NCBI RefSeq assembly: GCF_009914755.1
Contig: NC_060926.1
Reading direction: 5' to 3' (one strand)
Origin: the human T2T-CHM13v2.0 reference genome, Homo sapiens
DNA length: 64,000 bases
Part shown: in pieces, positions 1-13,859 of the stretch
Layout of the letters: each line of letters begins with the position of its first letter
Numbering within the stretch: the first letter of the stretch is position 1
Translations under genes and position numbers: made by a program
The notes under the pieces: generated by a model
The model's input: only the letters and a program-made list of their open reading frames with translations
Databases searched by the model: none
Told to the model about the DNA's origin: nothing

Positions 1-790
1 TTTTTTCTTCTTCATTACTCTGTATTATTTTCTCACAGCAATTATCATTATCCCAACTAGAATGGAAGTTCCATGTCTTGTTCTCTGCTGAAACATGTTG
101 AATGGTGACTGCCACAAAGTAATTACCTAAATATTTGTTGAATGAATAATAATGGATGAGTCAGTAAACCTTTTTCTAGGGCTTACTGTATACCAAGTTT
201 TATGCCAACTGCTAGTTACATTAAGATGAATAAAATGAGGTTACTTTTATCACGGAGCACTTAAATAGAAATTCAGGCATGCAAACACATGTTTTCTATA
301 ACAGGAATGAGTACAGGACATTATGGAGCCAGAAAGAAGGGAGTCCTGTGATTGGGGAGGTGAGACTTAGTAGATCAGGAGTTACCAGGTAAACATGGAA
401 TAGATGTTTACAAGTAGTAAGTAGCAGAGGAGATATGTGTACAGAAGCTTGGCTGTGTGAAAGTACTTTGTAACTGAATGAATTACAGGTGGCTAATGAT
501 GCTTGGGATACACAACCCATATGGGGGAATGATAAGAAATAAAGAGATATGCAGGTACCCGCTCGTGAAGACATTCTACCAAGTTTGTATCTTATCTGGA
601 ATTCTGGTGGAATTTAAATTTTAACCATGAGTGTGATAAAATCACATTTATGTTTTAGAAAAAGAAAATAGTATAGAAAATAATGAGGTGAGACGACATT
701 GGAAACCAGTGGAAAAATTAGGGGACCATTCAATTATCTGGGCAAGAAATGAGGAAAATATTTTCTTGAATAGAAAAGGGGAATTGAAGT

Positions 791-1173
791 TATCTTAGTC
801 TGTTTTCTGTTACTTATAACAAAATACTTGAAACTGGGTAACTTATAAAGAAACAAAATTTATTTCTTACAGTTCTGGAGACTGGGAAGTTCAAGGGTGA
901 GGGTCCGCATTTGGTGAGAGCCTTCTTGCTCGTGGGGAGTCTACAGAGTCCCAAGGTGGCACAGGGCATCACATGGTGAAGGGTTGATCATGTGAACTTA
1001 GGTCTTTCTTTGGCATCTTATAAAGCTACAGGTCCCACTCCCGTGATCCGTAATCCCATTAATCCATAAATAAAATCCAGTCACCTCTTAAAGGAGCCAC
1101 CTCTCACTTCTGCCACATAGGGGATTCACTTTTGTCATGAGTTTTGGAGGGGGCAAATATTGAAACCACAGCA
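791..1173. mobile_element. MaLR solo LTR (MST/MLT1A-like)
   Basis: Typical MST motifs: tcttagtctg...ctgggtaacttataaagaaac...cttacagttctggagactgggaagttcaag...aaaccacagca. Confidence 0.7.
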
Positions 1174-1470
1174 GTAGGTAAGCATATGAATTATCATAAC
1201 TCGATAGTGTTTAATAGCATGTCTTCATGACCTGGAGTGTGCTCAATTTTTCATCCATCCATCCTGTGTAATTCACATAACTGGATGATTATGCAAACAC
1301 TCTTCCCTGCTCAACGGATTTAATAGAAACAGTAGTAAGCAATTGGCTGGATTTCAGCAAGGCACAGACCCTTTTTAGCCACCTCTTCTGAGTGTGAGCT
1401 TCTAAGGAGTAAAATGGTTCCAAAGATCCAGGGTATCTCACAAAGTCCCCACATTCCCATCTCTTCTTAT

Positions 1471-1631
1471 CAGGATCAGGGACAAAATTTGAGGGTCCTG
1501 TGCAAAATGGGAAAATGTGGAGTTCAGTGTTCAAAAAATTATTGAGAATTTCAAGACTATTGTCACAGAGCCCTAAACCACCCCTGAGACTGCACAGATC
1601 ACCTGCCCATCCATCCATGATGCTGGTCCCA
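1471..1631 (-). mobile_element. MER91A-like hAT-Tip100 non-autonomous DNA transposon
   Basis: Core tgcaaaatgggaaaatgtgg...ttcaaaaaattattgagaatttcaagac matches the reverse complement of the recalled MER91A consensus. Confidence 0.6.
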
Positions 1632-1809
1632 GTCTTTATTGGCTTTCTCTCCAGGCCAGGATCCTAACTGGCTTTGAGTTTTAATTTCTGGGAAGAGTTG
1701 CCATTAACTCAGATTATTTTATTGGATTGCATTTCTTCAGCTGAGAACATCTAAGGATTGGAGGAAATAGGACCAGGGAGAGGTTCATTTTTGTTACAGG
1801 CAACAAAGC

Positions 1810-1995
1810 GGAATGCACACTCTGGACCCACATTGCTTGGGTTCCAAAGTCTCTCAACCACTTACTGGGACCTTGCATGAGGAACAGAAGCTCTCTGTGT
1901 CTCCATTTTCTTACCTGCAAAATGGGAATGACAAGAGTAATTGTTATAGGTTCTTATGAGGATTGAGTGAGTTGATTCATGTAAAGCACTTGGTA
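1810..1995 (+). mobile_element. MIR SINE
   Basis: MIR core ctctgtgtctccattttcttacctgcaaaatggg...atgaggattgagtgag...catgtaaagcactt. Confidence 0.7.
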
Positions 1996-2646
1996 AATGA
2001 CTGACATGGTTGAATTGTTTTTCTTACTGTTTTGAAGATTATAGTCTCCATATTAAACTTTTGTGGTTCCATGTAGTAAAATTATCCCCATTCAGAATGA
2101 AGCTTGTCATTTGGGGAAGAGAAATGCTTAATTTTAATGTAGTTGAATTTATCCAACTACGTTATGGCTTTTATTTTTTATGTTTTGAAATACTTTTTTT
2201 ATCCTAAAGATATAAAGATATTAGCCTATGTTTTTCTTCTGAAATTTTTACATCAAAGTCTTTACTAATTTATTTTTAATATGGTTCCAGGTAGAAATCC
2301 AATTCTGTGTGTGTGTTTATGTGGGGAAGTGGTCCTCTTTTGCTCTCATTCCCTCTCAATGATCCAGCCACACCTGTGCTGTTGCTCTGTCTGGAATTTG
2401 ACTCTGGGCCTTGGCACATAATACCAGCTCTGCCTTGACCTGTCCTTCCCCATATATTACATTAGATGACCCCCTACCTCCTTCAAGTTCTTACTCAAAT
2501 ATTCCCTTCTCATTGAAGATTTTGAAATTTAAAATTGCAAAACCTTCTCCCCTGCCACCACTCGCCCTGCCCCCCACCCGCCACAGGCACACATGGAAAG
2601 ATACACACAGACACACATACCATGCTCTTTTTTTTTTTTCTGCACA

Positions 2647-3628
2647 TTTTTTTTTATTTTAGGTTCCAGGATACATGTGCAGGTTTGTTATGTAGGTATA
2701 CATATGCCATGGTGATTTGCTGCACCCGTCAACCCATCATCTAGGTTTTAAGCCCCGCATGCATTAGGTATTTGTCCTAATGCCCTCCCTCCCATGTCCC
2801 CCCCAACCCCTGACAGGCCCTGAAGCGTGTTGTTCCCTCCCCTGTGTCCATGTGTTCTCTTTGTTCAGCTCCCACTTATGAGTGAGAACATGCGGTGTTT
2901 GGTCTTCTGTTCCTGCGTTAGTTTGCTAAGAGTGATGACTTCTGGCTTCATCCATGTCCCTGCAAAGGACATTATCTCATTCCTTTTTATGGCTGCATAG
3001 TATTCCATGGTGTATATGTGCCACATTTTCTTTATCCAGTCTATCATTGATGGGCATTTGGGTTGGTTCCAAGTCTTTGGTAGTGTAAATAGTGCTGCAA
3101 TAAACATACATGTGCATGTATCTTTATAGTAGAATGATTTATAATCCTTTGGGTATATACCCAGTGATGGGGTTGGTGGGTCAAATGGTATTTCTGGTTC
3201 TTGATCCTTAAGGAATCACCACACTGTTTTCCACAATGGTTGAACTACTTTATACTCCCACCAAAAGTGTAAAAGCGTTCCTACTTCTCCACAGCCTAGC
3301 CAGCATCTATTGTTTCTTGACTTTTTAATAATTGCCATTCTGACTGGCATGAGGTGACATCTCATTGTGGTTTTGATTTGCATTTCTCTAGTGATCAGTG
3401 ATGATGAGCTTTTTTATATATGTTTGTTGGCTGCATAAATATCTTCTTTTGACAAGGGTCTGTTTATATCCTTTGCCCACTTTTTGACGGGGTTGTTTTT
3501 TTCTTGTAAATTTGTTTACGTTCCTTGTAGATTCTGGATATTAGACTTTTGCCAGTTGGGTAGATTGCAAAAATTTTCTCCCATTCTGTATGTTGCCTGT
3601 TCAATCTGATGCTAGTTTCTTTTGCTGC
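2647..3628 (-). mobile_element. 5'-truncated L1PA (older, about PA8-PA10), ~1 kb, inserted in an L2 remnant
   Basis: T-rich tail followed by the L1 3'UTR; ORF2 C-terminal peptide MFIAALFT...WNQPKCP at 2865-3107. Confidence 0.9.
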
Positions 3629-3872
3629 TTGCACAGTATTTTTTGCACAGTATTTAATTACTGTATGAAACACTAAATGTTTAGCTTATTTATTTTCAAA
3701 TTGCCTTTCTCCCTCTACTAGAATGAAAAGTCCTTGAGGTCAGGAATAATTTCTTTTGTTTGGTTGTAGCTTCAATTTCTAGAATGGTATCCTCTCCTTA
3801 GAATATTTCAGTATTCTTCTTCTAGAACTCAGAGCACCTATAAATAGTTCTCATCTTGGGTTTTCTTTATTT

Positions 3873-3910
3873 GTGTGTGTGCGTGTGGGTGTGTGCGTGT
3901 GTGTGTGTGT
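3873..3910. repeat. Imperfect (TG)n microsatellite
   Basis: Read directly from sequence. Confidence 0.9.
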
Positions 3911-4442
3911 GGTGGAGGTTGTAGGTTTTGCCTCCTCTTTCCTGATTTCTCTTATCCAGTAAATCCCAGGCTTTCACTATCAGTGATGGAGAAATTTTCC
4001 CAACGGCCAGTGCTCCAAACCGTCTCCTGACTTTAATGCTATTTTAGGCATGGATTTATAAAACACTTTAAAAACATTTCAAAGAGAATTGCAAGGCAAA
4101 CAAAAATAAAAGGAGAAGGAACTTATAGGACATGTCAACAAATTATAGCCCAAATAATGGTTAGATATTTATTAATAATTTAAGAGAATTGGTATAAGTA
4201 TGTATAATATATTACTATGATATTAAAAACAGTTTTAAAGAGTTATTGTCTTTTAAATATATTCTGAAATATTTGCATGTAATAATGTGCTTTCTGAATT
4301 TTTTTAAAGTAATCTGCATGTGTATGTGGGCATGGGTATAGTTGAAACAAGGTAGGTCATATACTGATGGTTATGGAAGCTGGCATATGTGAACTCTGGG
4401 TTCATTTGATTTGTTAAAAAATTTCTTAAAAAGGTAAAAATT

Positions 4443-4752
<310 letters not shown>

Positions 4753-4920
4753 TCAGCAGAGGTTCTCTAGACATGCAGTTTCCTATATTGTTGGAAGCTA
4801 ATGTCTCCATCTTCTCATTCAGAAGAATAATGTGTTTTAAATGGCTATATGGTAATTCGGTCATTTTTTTCACTCATTCACTCTTATTTGTTCAACGATT
4901 ATTTACTAATGCCTACCAGG

Positions 4921-5074
4921 TTTATTTTATTTTATTTTTATTTGTTTGTTTTTTGTAGATATGGGGGTCTTGCTGTGTTGCCTAGGCTGGTCTCAAACTT
5001 GTGGGCTTCAGCAATCCTGCCACCTCAGTCTTGCAAAGTGCTGAGATTACAGGTGTGAGCCACCTTGCCTGGCC
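4921..5074 (-). mobile_element. FLAM / Alu left monomer
   Basis: T-rich tail plus gtagatatggggtcttgctg...gtgagccacc...ggcc. Confidence 0.85.
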
Positions 5075-8000
5075 CTTACTAGGCTTTAAGCACTACAATA
5101 AGACCTAGAGAGGCTCACTGTTCAAAGACAGAGAGTCAAAAAGACAACAGGATGCGACAGAGTTCTTTGTGGAGGTGTAGGAACATGGGAAGAGGGATGC
5201 TTAGGTGAGAGTGGGGTGGAAAAAACTTCTTGAAAGTGGTGACCCTCTGCTCAGTCTCAAAGGAAGTATAGGGGTCATCTAGACGAAGAAAGAAGAAATA
5301 TGCTTAACCTATCCTGCACACTAACCTGTCTCCCAACTAACATTTTTACATGCTGACTAGATGCCAAACCCTGAACTAACTACTTGATATTTCATTACCT
5401 GATTATTCTTCTTCAAAGCCCCTAAATCAAGTCTTCTTATTATTGCCCTTTGATGTACTGAGAGATAAGTAATTTTTCTAGGTTCACAGACCTTGGGCTC
5501 CAGGTTTACTGATTCTAAAAAGTCGCATTATTTCATCAACATAAAGCCAAAAGAGAAGTTTTGAACACTAGTGACCATGTTGACACTGCAGAAGTAGTGA
5601 CAGCAATACAAGCATTAACATGTACCTTATGCATAAAAGAGATAGAGAGTGTCTATCTTGTGCTAAAATTTATGGTTAAAAATAAAAAGCCTAATTTTAA
5701 TTAGTTTGTATTCACAGAGTTATTTTCCTTTAGTCATGTTTTACAACCACCTCCAAAACAAAAATTTTAATATGACAACTGATATTTAATGTCTGAGTAA
5801 TTTCCCTCACCTTACATTTGGAAAACCAATGTTTCCATATAGACCCATCATGGAAAGGACATTGAGGAAAGTTTGTCAAAAAAAAAAAAAAAAAAAGCCC
5901 AGGATTTTTGTGGTTGAGCCATAGCGAGTGATGGGCAGAACATGGCAAGCTCCCTAACAGCAAGTGGTCCAGTGATACACTTCACTGTCCTGTAAAAGCT
6001 GAGGATGCAAGGACCCAGTGGTGCTATCTGTGCCCTTTCTGAGTTGTGTCCTCACTCTGCTAGCTTCTCTCTCAAGCTGTCAGCACAATGGTCGGCCTGA
6101 ATAGCATTCTTAAGGACATAAAGCATTTATAGAGTAGGGCAACATGAATTGTTTTAAAGCATTTTTCAGATATATAGTTCAATATTCATGCCTAATATTG
6201 GTGACAGCATCTTCAGCTTCAATTCCAGCAGTATTTTTTCAGCTTATATCTTAGATGACATTTGTGCCCCTCAAAACCTGTCTGTATCCCATGCAGAATG
6301 GTGTTTCAGTGTATTTCAGTCTTAATGCTGACAGAATGCAACACATTAGGGGACCTTGTTGTAGCAAGCAGCTATAGTCACTCCCTCTGCTAAAATGAAA
6401 GGGGTCAGGATTTGCGGAAAAAAAAAAAAATAAATCCCTGTCATTTCATAACACATAACACATTGACAAGAAGAAAAGACAAGTGCAACTTATCATTATA
6501 GGTGTTGTTATTAACCTTCCTTGTTTATACTGCACAATTCCAATCATACCCTTTATGATAGACTTAGCTAGAGGGCAGGTCGTATTTTTTAAATGGGTTG
6601 AGAGCTGTAATGGTTTAGCTAGTGTTCCTTTGTTTTCTATTGCTTGGTTAAGCATGCCATATGGTCTTTTTCCTGTTTTACTTATTGGATGCATAAGAAA
6701 CTCTTCTTTAGTTGTGCTAAATCGGTGGTTCTCCTCCCTGGGGATTTTTTTAAAACATGCTAATACTTCAGCTCCACCCATCAGGGATTGTCCTTTAATT
6801 GGTTTGGGTTTCTGAGAGTAGGGTGGGGCACTAGGAATTTGAGAAAGCATCCCTGAGATTCTGATATGCAGCTGGAATTAGACACAATGAGATCAGCTAT
6901 GGATGACTTCAGTTGTGATATGTAGAGACTGAGGAAGGGCAGACTCAAAGTGGGTCACTATTTGATAAGGTTAGCTCTCTCTAAATTGGGGATGTTTTAA
7001 GAACAGCAGTGGTTGGGGATAGAAAGCTGAGGATATTGGAAGGAGTCCCTGGAAATTTAGAACTATGGCCTGGGCTTCTGAGTGTGTTGCGTCTGCTACA
7101 GGAAGTTTGTATTTGCCTTGACTCTTATCCTGGATAGCGTATGCAGATATAAACATGAATTGCTCTTTCTTAAGTCTATACAAAGGGCTTTCATATAAAA
7201 AATTTCAAGTTCACTATATATATAATATATATATATACACACACATACACATATATATAACATTTGAGAAAAACTTTAAATCCCACTTAATTAAGCATTC
7301 CTAACAGCTGTCCTGTGAATTGTCTCAGCAGTATTACCCACATAGGACAAGTAAGAAAATTGAAGTTCTGAAAGGTTAAGTGCCTTGCCCAAGGTCATAT
7401 AGCAATTCAGTAATGAGATGGGATTAGAAATCAGAGCCCTGAAGGTCTTGTCTGTTGCCAGATCCATTGAATTTGGCTTCTGTTGCAAAATGAATGATGA
7501 TTATAAAAATTTAAGAATATAGAGTACATTTTTTCAGGCAGTATTTCAAAATGAAAGAAGTATATGGATATCCTGAAGCTTATTTTTAACATTCCTGGAA
7601 AGCAGAAAAGCTTTGCAATTTCACCTAATTTCATTTGTATATAGATAGATAGAATCTTTAGCTCAGTGTTCATTTTGAAGTACTTCAAGGTTTAGCCTGG
7701 GAGAGAATTTTAGGGGAAGATGCTGCTGTTGATGTATCTGCTCTATATATGGAACACCAAGATGGATAGGAAGGAAGTCTATAAAACCTTCCTACTCATA
7801 GTTCTACTAGGGCATTGCATTTTTTTAAGCACTTAAGCCTCCATTTCTCCTTGAACAAAGAGAGAACATACTGGATTGATGGATTTGGATAATAAATACA
7901 AAGTTCATATTATCATTTCTGATCTCTTATAGAGATCTTTTACGTTATTATCCATCTGTCAAGTTTCACTTCTGCTGCACTGGGTAGATTTAATAATGCA

Positions 8001-8211
8001 TGTATGTACATTTCAGCATAACACCAGCACCTAGGTGAGTTGCCTACATGTAGCAGGTACCTCACAAATATTTATTAATGATGACAACACTGTATGTGGT
8101 AAATGCTTCACTCTGATAACTCAGTCACAGATTTAAAGGTGAATAAACTTAGGCTGCCTAATATTGTACTGCCATCTTTGCTGTCTATAGTATTGACTTA
8201 GAAACAGCCTT

Positions 8212-8509
8212 TTTTTTTTTTTTTCTTTTTTTGAGACAGAGTCTCGCTCTCTTGCCCAGGCTGGGGTGCAGTGGCGCAATTTCAGCTCACGGCAAGCTCT
8301 GCCTCCCAGGTTCATGCCATTCTCCTGCCTCACCCTCCTGAGTAGCTGGGACTACAGGCACCCGCCACCATGCCTAATTTTTTGTATTTTTAGTAGAGGC
8401 GGGATTTCACTGTGTTAGCCGGGATGGTCTCGATCTCCTGACCTCGTGATCCGCCCACCTCAGCCTCCCAAAGTGTTGGAATTACAGGCGTGAGCCACCG
8501 CGCCCAGCC
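8212..8509 (-). mobile_element. AluY with target-site duplication
   Basis: Y-diagnostic gcaagctc and gccattctcc; TSD AGAAACAGCCTT at 8200-8211 and 8510-8521. Confidence 0.93.
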
Positions 8510-8765
8510 AGAAACAGCCTTCTTAATGACAATTTGGAATTTTTTTCCAAGTCCAAGTTGTTTTCCCCTCATATTAATGCTCCTTTTTGAATAAATGCCA
8601 AGTCTCTTCAGTATTATGGCATCCATTTGTGATATTTCTGTTATAATAACACATATAGAGTAGCTATGGTTATTTTGAGGTAAGCCCTATACTCTCTTTT
8701 CCCATTAATTTTTAATTCCATGTTTCACAAACAGGTTTGTTGAGGGACGCAAAAGAGCCTTCTTT

Positions 8766-9529
8766 TTTTTTTTAAATTTTTTTTATTTTTTATTTATTAT
8801 TATTATACTTTAAGTTTTAGGGTACATGTGCACAATGTGCAGGTTAGTTACATATGCATACATGTGCCATGCTGGTGCGCTGCACCCACTAACTTGTCAT
8901 CTAGCATTAGGTATATCTCCCAATGCTATCCCTCCCCTCTCCCCCCACGCCACAACAGTCCCCAGAGTGTGATGTTCCCCTTCCTGTGTCCATGTGTTCT
9001 CATTGTTCAATTCCCACCTATGAGTGAGAATATGCAGTGTTTGGTTTTTTGTTCTTGCGATAGTTTACTGAGAATGATGATTTCCAATTTCATCCATGTC
9101 CCTACAAAGGACATGAACTAATCATTTTTTATGGCTGCATAGTATTCCATGGTGTATATGTGCCACAAGAAAAAATGCTCACCATCACTGGCCATCAGAG
9201 AAATGCAAATCAAAACCACAATGAGATACCATCTCACACCAGTTAGAATGGCAATCATTAAAAAGTCAGGAAACAACAGGTGCTGGAGAGGATGTGGAGA
9301 AATAGGAGCACTTCTACACTGTTGGTGGGACTGTAAACTAGTTCAACCACTGTGGAAGTCAGTGTGGCAATTCCTCAGGGATCTAGAACTAGAAATACCA
9401 TTTGACCCAGCCATCCCATTACTGGGTATGTACCCAAAGGACTATAAATCATGCTGCTATAAAGACACATGCACACGTATGTTTATTGCGGCATTATTCA
9501 CAATAGCAAAGACTTGGAACCAACCCAAA
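8766..9529 (-). mobile_element. 5'-inverted, truncated L1PA2/3 (twin-priming structure)
   Basis: Minus-strand 3' end 8766-9167 joined to a plus-strand ORF2 segment 9164-9529. TSD aaaa(g/c)agccttcttt at 8751-8765 and 9527-9541. Confidence 0.93.
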
Positions 9530-12063
9530 ACAGCCTTCTTTGAATGTTTGAATGATGCAAGCAGAATTCTGTGGCAAGAAATAAAAAGGTCCAGTGATCC
9601 TGTTGAGTAGATAATTTTAAGAATAGCAGTGCAGTCCGTCTACCTTTTCCACACATTTGAAATGCAATCCTGTGCTGGAATGAGAAATAAAATGTACATG
9701 TTTCTTATTATACATGCACATGGGGGTGATAGTCTTTGAATGATCATATAATGTGTCGTACAAACCAAGACATTTATGAGAGTGAATGGAGGAGTTATTA
9801 TTATTTAAGCTAAGATAATAGGTATTGGCTAGAATTGCTGTGAGAAAACAGGATGTTTGACCATCCTATCCATTCCTCTCCAATAATATGAGAACATGGT
9901 TATAGGTACTAATTGCCTTGCAATTGTAGTTTAATTTACCAGGAACATGGAATGGTTTTAAGCCATTCATTGTCTGCTCCTAGATGTACAAAACAGGAAT
10001 GAGACTCAGCTCTGAATAGAAAGCTGGTTTGTCATTTTTTTCTTTTTCTAAATTACAGAAAATTTAACTATTGAAACTTCTTCTATTTTTTAAAATCTTT
10101 CTTTTCTTTCTTGAACTGACGTGCTAGAGAAAATTCCTTGCATCTGGCAATGTGTTCATGCTTTACATGCAGTATCTCATGTAATCCTCCTAGCAGTTAT
10201 AAGAACTAGAAACTTTTAGTTGGCCTGTTTTACAACTTAGGAAGTTGAAGCTTAGCAAGGTCAAACAAATAACCTAAAGTCTAACAGGTGTTAGGGTTGC
10301 AACTCAACCCTAGGAAGTATTTAATGTGTGACTATTAATGTGATATTAATCATAAAAAGCATTGGTGTCATCCTTTTGCTTCAATCTTTGTGAGAGAGGA
10401 ATCACCAGGATGGGTTCAGTTTTGTTTTTGAGTGGTGAATTGTATATATAAGTGAAGAGGAGGAAAGAGAACTTCAGGGTGAGAACCAGGAGTTAAAAGG
10501 TGGTAAGCCTGGAACAATACTGGGGCTGTGAAGCATAATAGACCACTGATGTTTAATGGGTAATAGGAATATTTGAGAAACAAGGGAAACCCCTAAAGGT
10601 TAATTTTTAAAATCTGTTAGAATTCTGCAGGTTGCTGCTGGAATAACTGCCATGCATTGCTGGTACATAGCTATCCTGCATCTACTCTGCACCTATGCTT
10701 GCCTCTAGCAGTGCCCCCAATTTCCTGGCCACACGTTCATCTCCAACCCTGCCTGTCCTATCAGCCAGTGCCTATGTTCACTCCTGTTCTACCACCCACT
10801 TGCTGTTCCCCTACTCTTACATTTTAAATTAGTTGCAAACTTAGTAAGTCAGTTCTTTATTGTAGCTCATTAATCGAATAACTCTGACATCAGGGCTCAG
10901 CATTCATGACACTAATTCAGTGTGATGTTCCCCAGCTTACCTACCTGCAAATCACCCAAAGGGTCTCTTTACATACTCATTTCTTCTCGCTTTGCTATCA
11001 TCTTTCTGGAAAAGACTAGTGTAGACCTTCACAAAGAATCTATAAACATCTCTCAATGTTTGTAGCCCATTCGTGTGCTTTCTGTGGTAAATATGTTTCT
11101 TAATCTTTAAGTCACCATCTTCTCTAAATGTTATTTCTTTTGACTATAATTAAAAACAAGTTTAATTATACCTGATGACTTAGTGATGATAAAATATGCA
11201 TAAATCAAAACTGAATTTAAACTAGTTATTTATTAGTCATAATCATGCTTGAGCAATTGTTGATGTTGGCAAACAGGCACTTTAATTTATTGTTATTCTT
11301 CTTCATAGGCCTAATGAGGTTGGAAACATCACTCACAAAAGCTTACAAATATGGCACTTTTTTAACACTGAAATCTGTAAGCGAGTGCTATTGAAAAATT
11401 GCTTAGAAGGGAAGAAGTATTCCTTTAAAATAACAGAAGGACAGTGATGTAGACTACCTCCCCCCCAAATCCCCCACCCCCGAGTGCTCCCCTCTTTCCC
11501 TTCATCATACTATAAAGTCTCTTTTAATGGAAATATCATGGGCCTAATTGTCTGCCTAGTACAGTTTTAACTCTATCTAGTGATTTTTGGGAAATTATTT
11601 ACCTCTTCCACCCCCCCATTTTCTTATCTGTAAAATGGGAATAATAATATGAATCTGATAAGAAGTTATAATAATAAAATAAGGTAGCATATGCATACGT
11701 AAAATGCCCAGGCATGGATCTGACATAGATTAAGATGGTAATTCCTAGAAACATTTAATATGTTTTACACACATAGGTGATCTAAATGTAGTCCAGTGGC
11801 AAAGCCACTATCCTCCCCTCTCTATAGCTACTTCCCAAAATCACTTTTTCTTGAGTATTCAGTGGAAAAGGAGGTGTTGTTTGACATCACTTTCTGAGAG
11901 CTACTACTTGGCCTTTGCCCATCTTCTCTTACCTGGCTTCAAACCATGATATTGGGGGCTGCCTCAGACTCTACTTCTTTTGTTGCTGGTTACCTTTTGG
12001 ATTTCTGGAATTATCATTCTCCCTTGACACAACCCTCATGCTGGGTTCAAAATGAGGTGAAAT

Positions 12064-12795
12064 TTTTACAGGAAAGGGATATGGATCCAGAATCTAAGAG
12101 AGGATTCTTTATTTTATTTTATTTTTTTTATATACTTTAAGTTCTAGGGTACATGTGCACAACATGCAGGTTTGTTAAGTAAGTATACATGTGCCATGTT
12201 GGTTTGCTGCACCCATCAACTGATACTTTACATTAGGTATATCTCCTAATGCTATCCCTCCCCCAGGCCCCCACCCCCCAACAGGCCCCAGTGTGTGATG
12301 TTCCCCGCCCTACGTCCAAGTATTCTCATTGTTCAATTCCCACCTATGAGTGAGAACATGCAGTGTTTGGTTTTCTGTCCTTGTGATAGTTTGCCGAGAA
12401 TGATGGTTTCCAGCTTAATCCATGTTATTATTTCTTGATGATATGCTCAACAAGGTGGGGATTATTCATGCCTCCCTTTTTAGACCATGTAGGGTAGCTT
12501 CCTGACATTGCCATGCCATCTGTAAACTGTCATGGAGCTGGTGGTAGTATAGCAGTGAGGACGACCAGAGGTCACTTTTGTGGCCACCTTGGTTTTGGTG
12601 GGATTTAGCTGGCTTCTTTACTGCAGCCCATTTTATCAGCAAGGTCTTTATGACCTGTATCTTATGCTGACCTCCTATCTCAGCCTGTGACTTAGAATGC
12701 CTTAACCATCTGGAAATGCAGCCCAGTAGGTCTCAGCCTTATTTTACCCAGCCCCTATTCAAGATGGAGTTGCTCTGGTTCAAACACCTCTAACA
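12064..12795 (-). mobile_element. MER41A solo LTR (ERV1), interrupted by an L1
   Basis: Ends ttacaggaaaggg... and ...gttgctctggttcaaacacctctaaca match MER41; 4-bp TSD AAAT at 12060-12063 and 12796-12799. Confidence 0.88.
12110..12425 (-). mobile_element. L1PA 3' fragment (~315 bp) nested in MER41A
   Basis: T-rich tail plus tatactttaagttctagggtacatgtgcac...cagcttaatccatgt. Confidence 0.9.
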
Positions 12796-13859
12796 AAATA
12801 AGAAAATCATTGACTGCTCTATCTCAAGTGTACACTGCCTGCCCTTGAGTTTCCCACAACACCACTTAAGTCTGTTGTGTGCAAAGGAGTCTGCTATAGG
12901 TTTGGCCATAATTTGAGGCATTTACATCATAAGGACAGGAAAATTCTTTAAAATTGAATGCTAAATATGTCCATTGCAAAGTTCAAGGAAATATACATGC
13001 ACACACATACACACACAAACACACAGAGAGAGAGAGACTCTTAACAGATAGTTCACACATCTCTGGTATTGTTTCCCTAGCTTAAGATCCTCCCTTAACT
13101 CTCTCTCTTCAAAGACATATACATTTTTCTTCGTTTATGCAGTGTGGATCAGTTTCTCCTCTGGAAAATCTTACTTTGATACTAAATGTTGATTTTCACT
13201 AGAGGATCCATCCTTTTGAAACTCCATCTGAATATCTGTAGGGCATGAAAATCAATGCAACTGTTTTTCTCAAACTTTAGATTATTTTACCTGCAGTCAC
13301 ACCATAAAGGCAGACTACGTCTGTATGCGAGTGTGTACCGTATGTGTATGGTGTGTGCACGTGTGTGCATGTGCATGTTCAGTGTAAAAGGGAGACATAC
13401 TGATCCATGCTGTATATGTAGTCTCCCTTGGGGATTCTCCCTCCATGTGAGGTGAAGGCATCCCTTTCGTTTTTTTCTATTGTTTTCAGTCCTTATTTAC
13501 AGACTCCTAAGGTAATATTTGGACAAAACACACATACACACAAACCCACACTCAAGAAAACATTCTGAGGCTAAATAGTACAGTATAGGCTAAACAGAGA
13601 TAATACAGTATAATTGACATTAATTGGGAGTAGGGGAAGAGACTTTTTCCTAAAGGCATAATTATTTACAAAATATTCTTCCCACCCAAATAAAGATAGC
13701 TTTTTGTATTATTATGATGCAGAGCTATCTTGGTAACCCTCTTTTTCTTTTTAAGCATCTATTTCTAAACTCCTCACAGAACCTTAACTACATTTAAAAA
13801 GGGGCCAATTACAGGATTTACTCTTTCAAATAGCAACATGTCTCCTTTGACTTTATTGG

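Noticed and set aside
6446-6850. Overlapping 134-aa and 110-aa ORFs
   Set aside because: No recognisable domain or supported splice structure; partly overlaps a MER5-like remnant.
9149-9610. 153-aa ORF
   Set aside because: An artefact of the inverted L1 ORF2 segment reading into flanking DNA.
12426-12795. MER41 interferon-inducible STAT1 enhancer
   Set aside because: The sequence runs ...aaaaagggaggcatgaataat..., the MER41A form that lacks the tandem GAS segment of MER41B.
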